Positions 1-11,364 of a stretch of 64,000 nucleotides of DNA are shown in pieces (the first letter of the stretch is position 1; the number at the start of each line of letters is the position of its first letter). This DNA is from Squalus acanthias (lineage: Eukaryota). The notes under the pieces are model-generated. The model was not told where the DNA came from, searched no databases, and saw nothing but the letters and a program-made list of their open reading frames with translations. The stretch covers positions 11,966,001 to 12,030,000 of the forward strand of contig CM059432.1 in NCBI GenBank assembly GCA_030390025.1, read 5' to 3'. The position numbers and the translations under genes are program-made.

Positions 1-33
1 CTTTGGCCCAGTTGTTCCCTGCACCTGTTTGTC
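1..33 (-). CDS. Beta-tubulin (TUBB6/TUBB1-like) exon 4, 5' part; continues beyond window start
   Basis: Reverse complement reads ctattag|GA CAA ACA GGT GCA GGG AAC AAC TGG GCC AAA G = (G)QTGAGNNWAKG. The AG acceptor is at 35-34 and the phase matches the end of exon 3. Confidence 0.93.
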
Positions 34-446
34 CTAATAGTCCGAGATAAAGAAAGAATTACTAGCTTGAGCTAATTAATGGTAGAATAGTACTTCTATT
101 ACGCTACAAGAGTGCGGACTACTCAATAATATCGCAAATGTGTTTGTTTTGCTAAATTCTCATTTTTAATCTCTACACAGAAAATCCAACAGTTCTTAGT
201 GCATCACTCTCTGCGGTCACCACAACTTTACAACATCAAAACAGCTCAACTGCCATCCTTGGCTAGGTTGGTTTCAACTGTTGAAGTTAACCTTTTAAAA
301 CTTGGGTTTTCATGTGTATTTTAACATGGCATAAACAAGATAAACAAAAAAGCAACAATGGAATCCCATGTTTATTCCACTCGCAAAGATTCACTCGTGC
401 GACTGATGCTGCCAGCACTTGTGGGATAAAGTTGGGCACCCTACTA

Positions 447-778
447 CAGGAAACTTTCGTTTATCCGGCACCGACGGGACCGGCGTGGTGCCGGTTGATC
501 GAAAGTGCCGGATTACAGAGAGGTATACTTACCAAGGTACGAGAGCCCCGTACACGGCCATAGGCTTAACAATTGGGACCCGGAGAGGGAAGGTAAACGA
601 GACTCCGGCTTTTTCCTCCGTGGCGGCGACAGGTCCGAGTCGGAAGAACGTTCACCCCCCTTTCGTGGGGGCGAAAGGTCAGAATCGGGGTCTTGTCTGT
701 ATAATAAAACTTACCTGATTTTTGCCGGTTAAGCGAGAATTCCGGATATTTGGGTGCCGGATAAACGAAAGTTTCCTG
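447..778. mobile_element. Tc1/mariner-pogo (Tigger-like) MITE in tubulin intron 3
   Basis: Perfect 26-bp TIR CAGGAAACTTTCGTTTATCCGGCACC at both ends, flanked by TA at 445-446 and 779-780. Confidence 0.88.
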
Positions 779-1061
779 TATATCTTCTCATACACTCCTC
801 GCCTCTTTCAGATCTCCGACTGCTGGAAAACTGAGTAATTATATACTCTTTTAATGTTGGTGGCTTTTGAGTGTTGAGCAATTAGGCACAAGTAGTCACG
901 AAATGCAAAAGGCCAAGAAGAACTGTAGGCGGTGGAGGATGAAGAATTGGACAGATGTACTGGCGTCACTGGCCAAAGCGCTCATCACTTTGAATTTTGT
1001 CAAAGGTGGAAAGTAACATACTCTCAACAATACTGACCAGTGAATCCTTCCCCATTCCCTG

Positions 1062-1268
1062 CCCCAGAGGGCTGTGAATGCTGAGTCTTTGAGTATATTC
1101 AAGGCTGAGATAGATAGATTTTTGGACTCTAGGGGAATCGAGGGATATGGAGATCAGGCTGGAAAGTGGAGTTGGGGTCGATGATCAGCCATGATCTTAC
1201 TGAATGGCGGAGCAGGCTCGAGGGGCCGTGTGCCCTACTCCTGCTCTTATTTCTTATGTTCTTATGTT
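1062..1268 (+). mobile_element. CR1-type LINE 3' end
   Basis: Same 3' sequence as other copies (gatcagccatgatctt...gaatggcggagcaggctcgagggg...) ending in (ttcttatg)n. Confidence 0.8.
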
Positions 1269-1779
1269 CCCACAATAAATAATATCACCGTGCATCTGGC
1301 CCATAGGACAGGAATAGATATGTCCATTTTCCACTGTTCCTCCCCCACCCCACCACCCCCCCATTGAAATGGAGCACGCCACTTGCCTAACATTGGTCCA
1401 TCCAACAGCTCAGATGGACATTAACGGAACTCATCCAGTCTAGACAGGGATTGGAACAACCCTTTGAGTGGCAGAACATTAAGTACTCTACAGCTTGTAG
1501 ATCTGTTAAGCTACCTATTTTTACTTCCCAGAATTTGTCACTCACCACAGTAAGATAGTTCTTTATATAAATGAAGTTGCGAATGGTTTATTTTAAAAAT
1601 GTGAACACTGGATGACCGCTTCAATTGACACCTAACAACTAATTGAGTAGAACTGGTTGATTTTAGAAGGTCTCTATTTCTTTTTCTGTTAACCACCCCA
1701 TCACTTCACATACTATTTCCCGACTGAGAGGATAAGCAATCAGTCTCATGGAAATAGCGGGATTTTTAAATGTTTTATA

Positions 1780-2010
1780 TTCATTCATGGGATCTGGGTG
1801 TCGCTGGCAAGGCCAGCGTTTATTGCCCATCCCTAGTTGCCCTTGAGAAGGTGGTGGTGAGCCGCCTTCTTGAACCGCTGCAGTCCGTGTGGTGAAGGTA
1901 CTCCCACAGTGCTGTTAGGGAGGGAGTTCCAGAATTTTGACCCAACGACGATGAAGGATCGGCGATATACTTCCAAGTCAGGATGGTGTGTGACTTGGAG
2001 GTGGTGGTGG
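1780..2010 (-). mobile_element. Second CR1-group LINE 3' end
   Basis: Matches the 3' termini of the copies at 23520, 25580 and 31160. Confidence 0.75.
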
Positions 2011-2084
2011 ATTATGGATCATTAGGTTCTCTGATTTTCCCAATTTCTGAGAAAGAACTTCATTTTTTAAAATTTGTTTTTGGG

Positions 2085-2375
2085 GCAGTACTTGCAAGGC
2101 AGCATTTATTGCCTATCCCTAGTTGGCGAATGGGCACCAAGAGACAACCACATAATTTGGGACTGGGGTCACATGCAGGCCAGACCAGGTAAGGGTAGCA
2201 GGTTCCCTTGCCAAAGGTCATCAGTGAACCAGTTGTGTTTTTACAACAATCCAGCAGCTTTCAAGGTCTATTTGTCTCGTGCCAGCCCACAAATTATTGA
2301 ATTTAATTTGCCAACTTGCCACAATGGGATTTGAACTCACGCCCTTTGAGCTGCTAGTCTAGTACTATAATCATT
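2085..2375 (-). mobile_element. Degenerate copy of SINE family 2
   Basis: Diverged match to 37985-38408 (cagtgaaccag, gggatttgaactca). Confidence 0.5.
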
Positions 2376-2399
2376 GGCTTTTGTACCTATATCTTTAAT

Positions 2400-2868
2400 G
2401 TCAGCCATGGCTCAGTTGGTAGCACCCTCCCCTCTGAGTCTGCAGGTTGTGGGTTCCAGTCCCACTCCAGAGACTGGAGCTCATAAATCTAGCCTGACAC
2501 TCCAGTGCAGTGCTGAGGGAGTGCTGCACTGTTGGAGGTGCCGTCTTTTGGATGAGACGTTAAACCGAGGCCCCGTCTGCTCTCTCTCAGGTGGATGTAA
2601 AAGATCCCCATGGCACTATTTCGAAGAAGAGCAGGGGAGTTATCCCCGGTGTCCTGGCTAATATTTATCCCTCAATCAACATCACAAAAACAGATTATCT
2701 GGTCATTATCACATTGCTGTTTGTGGGAGCTTGCTGTGTGTAAATTGGCTGCCGTATTTCCTACATTACAACAGTGACTACACTTCAAAAAGTACATCGT
2801 TGGCTGTAAAGCACTTTGGGACATCCGGTGGTCGTGAAAGGCGCTATATAAATGCAAGTCTTTTCTTT
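2400..2868 (+). mobile_element. tRNA-derived Deu-domain SINE (SacSINE1/AmnSINE1-like)
   Basis: Pol III A box (tggctcagttgg) and B box (gggttccagtccc), central gatgagacgttaaaccgagg...aagatccc..ggcacta domain, and L2-like tail aaaggcgctatataaatgcaagtcttt. Confidence 0.85.
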
Positions 2869-4574
2869 CTAATGTGCATTATCCTTCCAGAAACCAGAAT
2901 GAGAGCAGGAACTCACCATGTGGGGTAATCAATCATGGGTTACATTTTAGGTAGAACATCATTTTACAACACCATTAGTTTCACAGTCCAATACTGTGGA
3001 ACAGCTGCACGAAAAGGAAAACTGGGAGCTGATTTTTTTGTTTTGCTGCTATTTGCCTCTTCAGCTCAATCCAAATTATTTGAACTGCAGACAATAAATT
3101 GCAGAGTGTGCTGGATGATGGTGCAGCCACACTGCTGAATAAGCTGAACACCCTCTCAAACTGCTTGCATCAGCCACACTGCAGCATGTCAGTCAGGCTT
3201 TTCAAAAGAGTGGTCTGCTGCTGAAGAAAAATGTGTTGAGGTCATTCCAGCTGCATCATCTCATTTTATTGGCCAACTGAAAAGAAGTGCAACCAAAAAG
3301 AGAGAGTGTGTTTACTTAAACCCTCTGGCACCGTTATAAACACATTTTGTAAAATATGTGTTGAGTTATACACTCTGACAAACACTCTCGACATTTTAGT
3401 GGCCATCTGGTTTCAGTAGGATACATTTTGAGACATTAGACTTACATTATAAACCACCACCCACCCCACCCCTTGCGATCCCATTAAAAAGCCAAGCAAA
3501 TCTGTAACAGCTGCGGCCTTGAAGTCTCAGAGTTTTAAAAATTACATTATCTCAAAATTCAAGCTGCACAGATAAGGGTCAAAGGCTCAAAGTTCTTGCG
3601 TGTAAGCGGGAAAAAAAAACCTTGTCTTAACAGCATCATTCCTTTGCGATTATGTAATTTTGTCCTCTTACACAGATGCCTATATTTGAAGACAGAAGGG
3701 ATCTGAAACTCCACCTCCTGAACATCAGTCCCAAGTACCAAGAATACTGTAAATTGGTTCGGAGTTACTCCCTGTGCCCCCCCCCTGGCCTATAGCCACC
3801 GTGTGCAATGTCAACACATCGTGGCCATAACATCATTGGCTGTTAGAAGCTTGATAGCTAAACAGTTTCTCTCCGAATCAGCCAACAGGATAGCATCGTT
3901 GTTCAAAACAAAACTGGGCCTCCATTTTCTGCAGAGGAAGCTCGGCTGCTCAGTATAAAAGCAAAATAGTCCCATCGAACTCTTGTGCAACACACCCAGC
4001 ATTTGAGAGAGAGACTTTTAGGGAATTTCCATCTTCTACATTTTGTGCTAGATTCGCTTCATGTCTTCACTTTGCAGCCTGTCAACATTGTACTTAGAAA
4101 GCTGAACTTTAAAAAAAAATTGAATCATAGAAATTTATGGCAAAGAAGGAGGCCATTCGGCCCAGTGTGTCTTTGCCAGCCGAAAAAGAGCTAACTAGCC
4201 CAATCCCACTTTCCAGCTCTTGGTCTTTTGGGTTTAAAGGTTATAAATTGGTTACATGGCAAATTGTGAAATTAAATTCACTTTTATTCCGAATCGAATT
4301 TAAATTTGCTGCACACTTTCCTTTAAAACATTCCTACTTTCCCACTTAAGGTACCCGACTGTCTCATGTCCCCAGACATGGTGCTCAATTAGGCTACACT
4401 CATGAAAGATTAACACCAAAAAGATATCGGCGGGACACAAAATGCTCAGCTTCCGAGCAAGCCTAGAAGTGGCAGCTAACCCAGACCATCAGTCGAAGCT
4501 GGATTCTATTTCAGATTGCTTGGTTGGAGAATCAAAGCGCTACAAGTATTAAAAACAACTTGGATCTTTGTAAC

Positions 4575-4900
4575 TAGAACAAAAGAAATAGGAGCAGGAG
4601 TCGGCCATTCGGCCCCTCAAGCCTGCTCCGCTATTCAGTAAGATCATGGCTGATCATCGACCTTAACTCCACTTTCCTGCCTGACCTCTATATCCCTTGA
4701 TTCCCCTAGAGTCCAAAAATCTATCGATCTCAGACTTGAGTATACTCAACGACTCAGCATCACAGCCCTCTAGGGCAGAGAATTCCAAAGATTCACAACC
4801 CTCTGAGTGAAGAAATTTCTCCTCATCTCAGTCTTAAATGGCCGACCCCCTTATCCTGTGACTGTGACCCCTGGTTCTAGACTCTCCAGCCAGGGGAAAA
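4575..4900 (-). mobile_element. CR1-type LINE 3' fragment
   Basis: Reverse-strand CR1 ORF2 C-terminus (RRNFFTQRVV motif) plus 3' UTR. Confidence 0.8.
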
Positions 4901-5579
4901 ATTTACAGCATTCTACAGCTTATCTGTCCCAAGCCACATTCAGATATAGTGCATGGAAGGAAACATGTCGAGATTCAATTCTAATCTTACCTAATGCATA
5001 CTTCCTCCAAAGTTGCTCACTTCTTTCCCCTGCAGAAGGCAATGGTTCCAAAGGAAATAGCAGCATTGCAACACTTTGACCCCTCATCAGTCAGCAAGCT
5101 ATTCAACCATGAGGCATATGACAGCCAAGCCTAATTCCATTCTCACTCTGAGTTCCACACATGTGTTCCAGCAGGAGTCACTGGCTAGTAATCAGAGGGG
5201 AGCCACAGTTGTTTTTCCTCTCTCCTCATCTCAGGATGAGGAGGCCAATTGGAGCACCCTCAGAAACTAATGCAATATAAACAGGGAAACAAACTTGGGA
5301 GCTTCCTGTTGTCTCTGGCTCAATGGCACACCAGGCAGCACATATACCCGACCAGGAAGCTCCTCTACAGTCAAACTCCGTGAGAGGTCAATTTGATGTA
5401 AAAGCAGGTCAGAAATTAAAGGGCCTTCGTCGCAAAAGGCTAACCATTTCCCAGGCCCTTCTGACAGCCTTTGAGCTGATATCGAGGAAGGGTACAAGAG
5501 TGCTCCAGAATGAGACAACCCCTTATGCCATGAGATTGGGCTGAAACATGCGCCAGTGTGCTCCTTTAATTAAACATAT

Positions 5580-5915
5580 TGTTTGATAGGGTGGACGTAG
5601 AGAAGCTGTTCCCAGTTGTCGAGGAAACAAAAACTAGGGGCCATAAATATAAGATAGTCACTAATAAATCCAATAGGGAATTCAGGAGAAACTTCTTTAC
5701 CCAGAGAGCAGTGAGAATGTGGAACTCGCTACCACAGGGAGTGGTTGAGGTGAAGAGCACAGATGCATTTAAGGGGAAGCTGGATAAACACACGAGGGAG
5801 AAAGGAATAGAAGGATATGCTGATAGGGTGAGATGAAGTAGGGTGGGAGGAGGCTCGTGTGGAGCATAAACCAGTTGGGGCGAAGTGCCTGTTTCTGTGC
5901 TTTACATTCCATGTA
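5580..5915 (+). mobile_element. CR1-type LINE 3' fragment
   Basis: ORF FDRVDVEKLFP...TRGHKYKI...RRNFFTQRAVRMWNSLP matches the CR1 ORF2 C-terminus. Confidence 0.85.
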
Positions 5916-6250
5916 ATATTGAAAAGCTAGACTTTCTGCTGTCATAGAATCTTACAGATGGAGGCCATTCAGCCCGTCATGTCTGTGCCGGCTTCTTTAA
6001 AGACCTGTCCAATTTACTCCCTTTACTAACGTAGCAATCAGGGCAGATTTGCAGTAAAGGCTGTACCAAGAATTAATACTCTCTGCCAAACACCCACTAA
6101 AACCAATGCAGCCCCATTAACACAAATAGAACTCTCTATTTATTTATTTATTTGAGGGCATGTTAGTTTTCCAGGTCTCTCAGATGTGATTCATGCATCT
6201 GCGAGCTCCCATCATGTGATTTTAATAACACTCTCTGCCTGCCTTGCTGT

Positions 6251-6709
6251 ACAGCCATGGCTTAGTGAGTAGCACCCTCGCCTCTGGTCAGAAGGTCGTG
6301 GGTTCAAGTCCCACTCCAGAGACTTGAGCACAAAAATCTAGGCTGACACTCCAGGGCAGTACTGCGGGAGTGCTGCACTGTTAGAGGTGGCGTCTTTCGG
6401 ATGAGACGTTAAACCGAGGCCCTGACTGCTCTCTCAGGTGGACGTAAAAGATCCCATTGTACTATTTTGAAGAAGAGCAGGGGAGTTATCCCTGGTGTCC
6501 TGGGGCCAATATTTATCCCTCAATCAACATCAGGAAAAGACAGATTATCTGGTCATTGCCAGATTGTTGTTTGTGGGAGCTTGCTGTGTGCAAATTGGCT
6601 GCCGCGTTTCCCACATTACAACAGTGACCACACTTCAAACAAGTACTTCATTGGCTGTAAAGCGCTTTGGGGCGTCCGGTGGGCCTGAAAGGCGCTATAT
6701 AAAGGCAAA
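6251..6709 (+). mobile_element. Deu-domain tRNA SINE, tail interrupted by a MITE
   Basis: Near-identical to 2400-2868; the last bases (aagtctttctt) resume at ~7577. Confidence 0.85.
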
Positions 6710-7575
6710 GGGGGAGAAATTCAGTATCGCCCCATTTGGGGCGCAATTATCGGCCGGGCGCAAATTATCGCCACCGACTGCAAACTTGACTTTTATCGCC
6801 CCTGGAGGTGATTGCAGCGCTAAATCAGGCGCTTCACACCTGTCTTAAGGCGCAAAGGCTGAGGAGCGAGGCGCTACCTCAGAGCGCTGGCGAAGCTCAT
6901 GTAATGTCAGTCAGCAATGGAACACACACCCAATGGCATGGGCCAGTTCTTAAAGGGGATGGTTAATCTTGCTTTCCATCCACATCCTGCTCATTGCAGC
7001 CTTGAATCTCGGCCTGGAGAGACCTGCACATCAAATGTGCTGGAAAGAACAATGGAGAGTACCAGGCAAAGAGCTCAGAGTGCAGCCCCCACAGTCTCTG
7101 CCAAATCGATACAAGGAATGGCAAATCAAAATGAACCTGCAAAGTGCTGCTCAGTACCCAAAACTCCTTCACACAACATTGAATCTCTCCAGAAGTCTCT
7201 CCCTCTCTCTCTCAGAATGCGTAGTTCAAAAATGGCACCAACAATAAAAGGCAGGAAGCGGTCATCTTTAAATAGCGCTCCCACTTAGCCTACATGACTG
7301 CAGAACGCTCCCCTCAACCTGTCGTTGCTAGCGTCAGGCGGTAAGGCAGGGGGCGCCACTCAATATCCGCTCGGGGCGATACCGGGCCGTTGCGCACTTG
7401 AGTGACGTCACGATCTGCCGGCGCAGGAGATCGTGGCGGTAGCACCGCCGCAAAATGTCTAGTTAATTTCGCGAGCAGCGCAAACTTCGCCGCGCCTGGG
7501 CGCTAGATGCTTTGCGCCCCATTAGCGCCCTCTTAAGGCGCTAACGGGAGGCGCAACCAACTGAATTTTTCCCCC
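6710..7575. mobile_element. PIF/Harbinger-type non-autonomous element (MITE), family A copy 1
   Basis: Termini GGGGGAGAAATTCAG / CTGAATTTTTCCCCC with AAA on both sides; colinear with 35438-36317. Confidence 0.8.
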
Positions 7576-7841
7576 AAAGTCTTTCTTTTTTTACACTTCG
7601 CAGTTATCTCAGCCGGAACATTTGGGAATATTGATCGTTTTCCTTCCCCTTATCCTCAGGGCTACTCACATCGCTGACTCAGCCGACAAGAAATCGGCCT
7701 GAAATTGATTTGGGCTGGGGGGGGGGGGGGCGGGACTGAAATAGACTGCAACAAATGGCAGCGCCTGTGTAATCTGCACATCACTACTGTGAAAGGCCGA
7801 GAATTACAGGGACAGATAGACACAAGCGACAGAACACTTAC

Positions 7842-7952
7842 CGAAAATGAAGTTATCGGGTCGAAAAAGTTGTCCTAAACTACCCGATCGAACACTGTCC
7901 ATCGTCCCCGGTTCCAAGTCCAACAAGATCGCTCTGGGAACATATTTCTGTG
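7842..7952 (-). CDS. Beta-tubulin (TUBB6/TUBB1-like) exon 3
   Basis: 111-nt exon, tctttcag|CA...TTC G|gtaagt, encoding (S)[36 protein letters not shown](G); canonical vertebrate beta-tubulin exon size. Confidence 0.96.
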
Positions 7953-8162
7953 CTGAAAGATTGATTGATTTTAAAAAGTTACAATATATAAAAAGTTAGT
8001 TACTACATAAAAAAAGTTACATATGAAAGAACACAAAAAAATTCCATGAAAATGTCACTCTTATCCCAGCTGTTGTATCAAGAATTTAGATTTCCTCCCC
8101 CCGTGGTCTCAGGAATCCACGTTTGATACATACGGATTGATACTTTTTTAACTGAAACTCAC

Positions 8163-8271
8163 ACATCGCTTCGTTGTAATAGACATTGATTCTCTCCAGT
8201 TGCAGGTGGGAGTCTCCATTGTAATTTCCCTGAGGGTCGATCCCGTGCTCATCACTGATCACCTCCCAAAA
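8163..8271 (-). CDS. Beta-tubulin (TUBB6/TUBB1-like) exon 2
   Basis: 109-nt exon, tttttccag|TTT...ATG T|gtgagt, encoding [36 protein letters not shown]. Confidence 0.96.
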
Positions 8272-8865
8272 CTGGAAAAAATAAAATAAAAAAGAGAAAT
8301 TAAATGTAAGTGTAGGGTCAGGAAGCCTGTCTGGATTTGAGAGATGAGATCACTCCCTTTCTGATTTTATGGATCTCCCGCCGCCGCCGCCGGTTCTTCG
8401 CTAAAGTTTTGACTGGTGAATATTAAATCTGTGTGTGTGAGAGAGACTCAACATTGCCTTTCAGAATTGAATTCTGTGGCATATATATATAGCGCAGTGA
8501 GTGAAGACAGCTGCGGAATGGCCCCTTGCGATGTGTTTAGATTCAGTCAAAGCCACTCCCTGACCCCGGGAAATCAGAGAGAGAAATCGGACGAACTGTT
8601 TGAAACAGATTGCTACCGAAACAAATGACCAAGAGAAACTGCTTTGAGATACATTTCATTTTGCACTGCGCGAACTCTTCAAATCCATCACCGGAGGCAG
8701 TATTGGTCTGAAAAGTCCAACAGGACTTTAATAATTAGATTTTTTTTTAAAAAGAGAGAAAAACGAAACAGAAATGCAACAAGCCTTTCACCGCAGCTGC
8801 ACAGAGCAAGTTCAGGACCCAAGTGTTCCAGACACTGGAAGTATTACACCGAGAATTGATTTCAC

Positions 8866-8922
8866 CTTGCTTCCGATTTGGTTTCCACATTGCCCGGCCT
8901 GTAAATGGACTATTTCGCGCAT
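8866..8922 (-). CDS. Beta-tubulin (TUBB6/TUBB1-like) exon 1 coding part
   Basis: 57 nt, ATG at 8922, MREIVHLQAGQCGNQIGSK then AAG|gt donor; carries the MREI tubulin autoregulation motif. Confidence 0.96.
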
Positions 8923-9300
8923 TGTGCCTGCCTGTAAAGCCTCCCCTGGTTTGAATCTGTCCTGATTTCCCTCTGCTTCCTGTATCGCCAGGCGCTCCCC
9001 GTCTCTTCCCTGTTTTTATATCCAGTCATCTCAGACAAACCCCCCCTGCCCCGCACCACAGCCTACCCTGCTCGGCAGAGGCGTGACCCGGACCAGATCG
9101 TCACCGGCGCGGCGTTTCGCAAGAAGTTTATATAAAAACAAAACGGCAACACTTCGGCGAGCAGATGTCATCTTCTGTCTTTTTTTTTAAATCCCAGATT
9201 TTCTTTTTTGGTTTTGTTAAAGCTGGAGTCAATTTCCCATCAACTGCACATTGGCAAAGTACTCGCCCATTTAAACTTCTCTCCCAATCTCCCAATAAAT
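8923..9300 (-). promoter_or_regulatory. Beta-tubulin 5' UTR and core promoter
   Basis: Minus-strand TATAAAAA at 9020-9013, about 90 nt upstream of the ATG. Also a GC-rich tract at ~9040-9115, a second TATA-like element at ~9128-9138 and CCAAT motifs at ~9250 and ~9284; locally CpG-rich. Confidence 0.6.
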
Positions 9301-9324
9301 GTTTAACCTGCCTGAAAGTATTTT

Positions 9325-9675
9325 CATAGAATCATACTACACAGGAGGAGGCCATTCAGCCCATCGTGCCTGTGCCTGCTCTTTGAAAGAGCTCTCCAAT
9401 TAGTCCCACTCCCCCTGCTCTTTCCCCATAGTCCCTGCTAATTTTTCCTTTCCAAGTTACATTTACAATTTATCCAATTCCCTTTTGAAAGTTACGGTTG
9501 AATCTGCTTCCAGCACCCTTTCAGGCAGCGCATTCCAGATCACAACAACTCGCTGAGTAAAACAAATTTCTCCTCATCTCCCCTCTGGTCCTTTTGCCAT
9601 TTACTTTAAACCTGTGAAGCGCCTTGGGATGTTTTACTACCTAAAAGGCGCTATGTAAACGCAAGTTGTTGTTGT
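9325..9675. mobile_element. CR1 3' fragment (minus) followed by a short L2-type 3' tail (plus)
   Basis: CR1 3' end at 9325-9612; gtgaagcgccttggga...ggcgctatgtaaacgcaagttgttg at 9613-9675. Confidence 0.7.
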
Positions 9676-9882
9676 GTCCTCTGGTTACGAGTCCGCCCCT
9701 CCTGCCAGTGGAGTTATAGCTCCCCGTCGTTATGTTTTACTATATGCCAGAAATGTTTTCTAAAGAAAGCACCTGATCTCAATTTGTTACGTTTCGACTT
9801 TTATGAGTTATTAACAAGAGTCCAGCAGTGCCCAGGTTTTCCAATTGGGGTCCATGAGGGGATTCCAGGGGATCCATTAGAT

Positions 9883-10146
9883 AAGAACATAAGAAATAGG
9901 AGCAGGAGTCGGCCATCTGGCCCTTCGAGCCTGCTCTGCCATTCAATAAGATCATGGCTGATCTTCTACCTCATCTCCACTTTCCTGCACTATCCCCATA
10001 TCCCTCGATTCCCTTAATATCCAAAAATCCATCGATCTCTGTCTTGAATATACCCAATGACTGAGCCTCCACAACCCTCTGGGGGGTGGAGAATTCCAAA
10101 GATTCACCACCCTCTGAGTGAAGAAATTTCTCCTCATCTCAGTCCC
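9883..10146 (-). mobile_element. CR1-type LINE 3' fragment
   Basis: ORF TEMRRNFFTQRVVNLWNS and a taagaacataagaa terminus. Confidence 0.85.
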
Positions 10147-10729
10147 AATCATCAGCTTTCTGTCTGTTGGGGATCAAACAAACCCTGCATTGCAAGCACA
10201 GTGGCTGGAGTTTTCCCTGTGAAATCAGTGCAAGTTTGCGAGCGGCTGGGCAGTTAAAATGCGCTGAAATTGACAGCGTGTCGGGAAGCCGCCTTCACCC
10301 CGCCGACTTCGATTTCAACTCCGGCGCATTTCTCAGCGTGCCAGAGACCCGCTCAGGAGAGGCGGGCAACTTAATTCAAGTATTTAAGAGCTCGTTTACT
10401 GACTATTAACAGGCTTTTTAACATGATGTTGCCGCTTTTACTGCTTGTGCATGGGATTCATGGGCTTCCTGAAACTCGCCTGTCAAAGTAAGGCGAGAGC
10501 TGAGCAGCCATTGTGTGAGTTGAACAATTGACAGTTGAAATAATCACATAAATACTCGCACCTCGCACCTGCTTCCTTGCCTAAGGGAAAGGCTCTTGCT
10601 GACATCATTGGTGCAGATAATTTGCTTTCAGGAGTTTGCAGGTGATTTCTGCAACCTCAGAAGCCACTCTCATGACATTGGAGGATTGTGCCTCTGATCT
10701 CCACTTTACCTGGCATCTATCAGATCAGC

Positions 10730-11362
10730 ATGGGTGCCGCTTATGCTGTTTCACCTTGGACCTCAGATTCAGACCAAGATGAGCTCCAACACCAACAGCA
10801 CCAGCCACATCAGCAGCAGCAGCAGCCTTCTCCTCACCGACCTGCCGCTCCACAGGAGAGGGGGGATGAGCACAGGGGTGCACCTCGCCAGAGGCGATAT
10901 CCCCAACACAGGGTATACAGGCAGAGGATGAGCTTCCTGGACATGACTGAGCAGCAGTGCTTCAGGAGGCTCAGGCTATCGCGGCAGGTCGTGGCAGACA
11001 TTTGTAGTCTGCTGGAAGAAGACCTGCTGCCCAGAGGTCCTGGTGGACACTCCTTACCAGTGGCTGTTAAAGTCACCACCTCCCTTAACTTCTTTGCCTC
11101 AGGCTCCTTCCATGGATCTGCAGCCGACATTTACGGCATCTCGCAGTCGGCCTCCCACAGATGCATCACCCAGGTGACCGATGCCCTGTTTGACTCATCA
11201 GCCAATTATATCAACTTTGCCACTGATGAAGCCAGTGTTACTGAGCGGGTGCTCGGCTCTGCGACTCTGGCTGGCTTCCCACAGGTGCAGGGCGTCATCG
11301 ACTGCACACATGTGGCCATGAAGGCACCCCATCATCACCCAGGAGTGTTTGTGAACCGCAAG
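10730..11362 (+). pseudogene. Truncated Harbinger (HARBI1-like) DDE transposase
   Basis: RRLRLSR...[19 protein letters not shown]...[18 protein letters not shown]...[15 protein letters not shown]...FVNRK. Homology stops at NRK, so the later catalytic D/E residues are missing. Confidence 0.88.
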
Positions 11363-11364
11363 AG

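Noticed and set aside
2400..2470. tRNA gene (and similar heads at 6251, 17618, 21637, 27787, 30065, 34195, 50653)
   Set aside because: These are SINE heads that continue into a shared body and tail, with no complete cloverleaf or terminator.
2672..2928. Recurrent short ORFs such as LCANWLP..HYNSDYTSK / FLKCSHCCNVGN
   Set aside because: Translations of the repeated SINE body, not a protein family.
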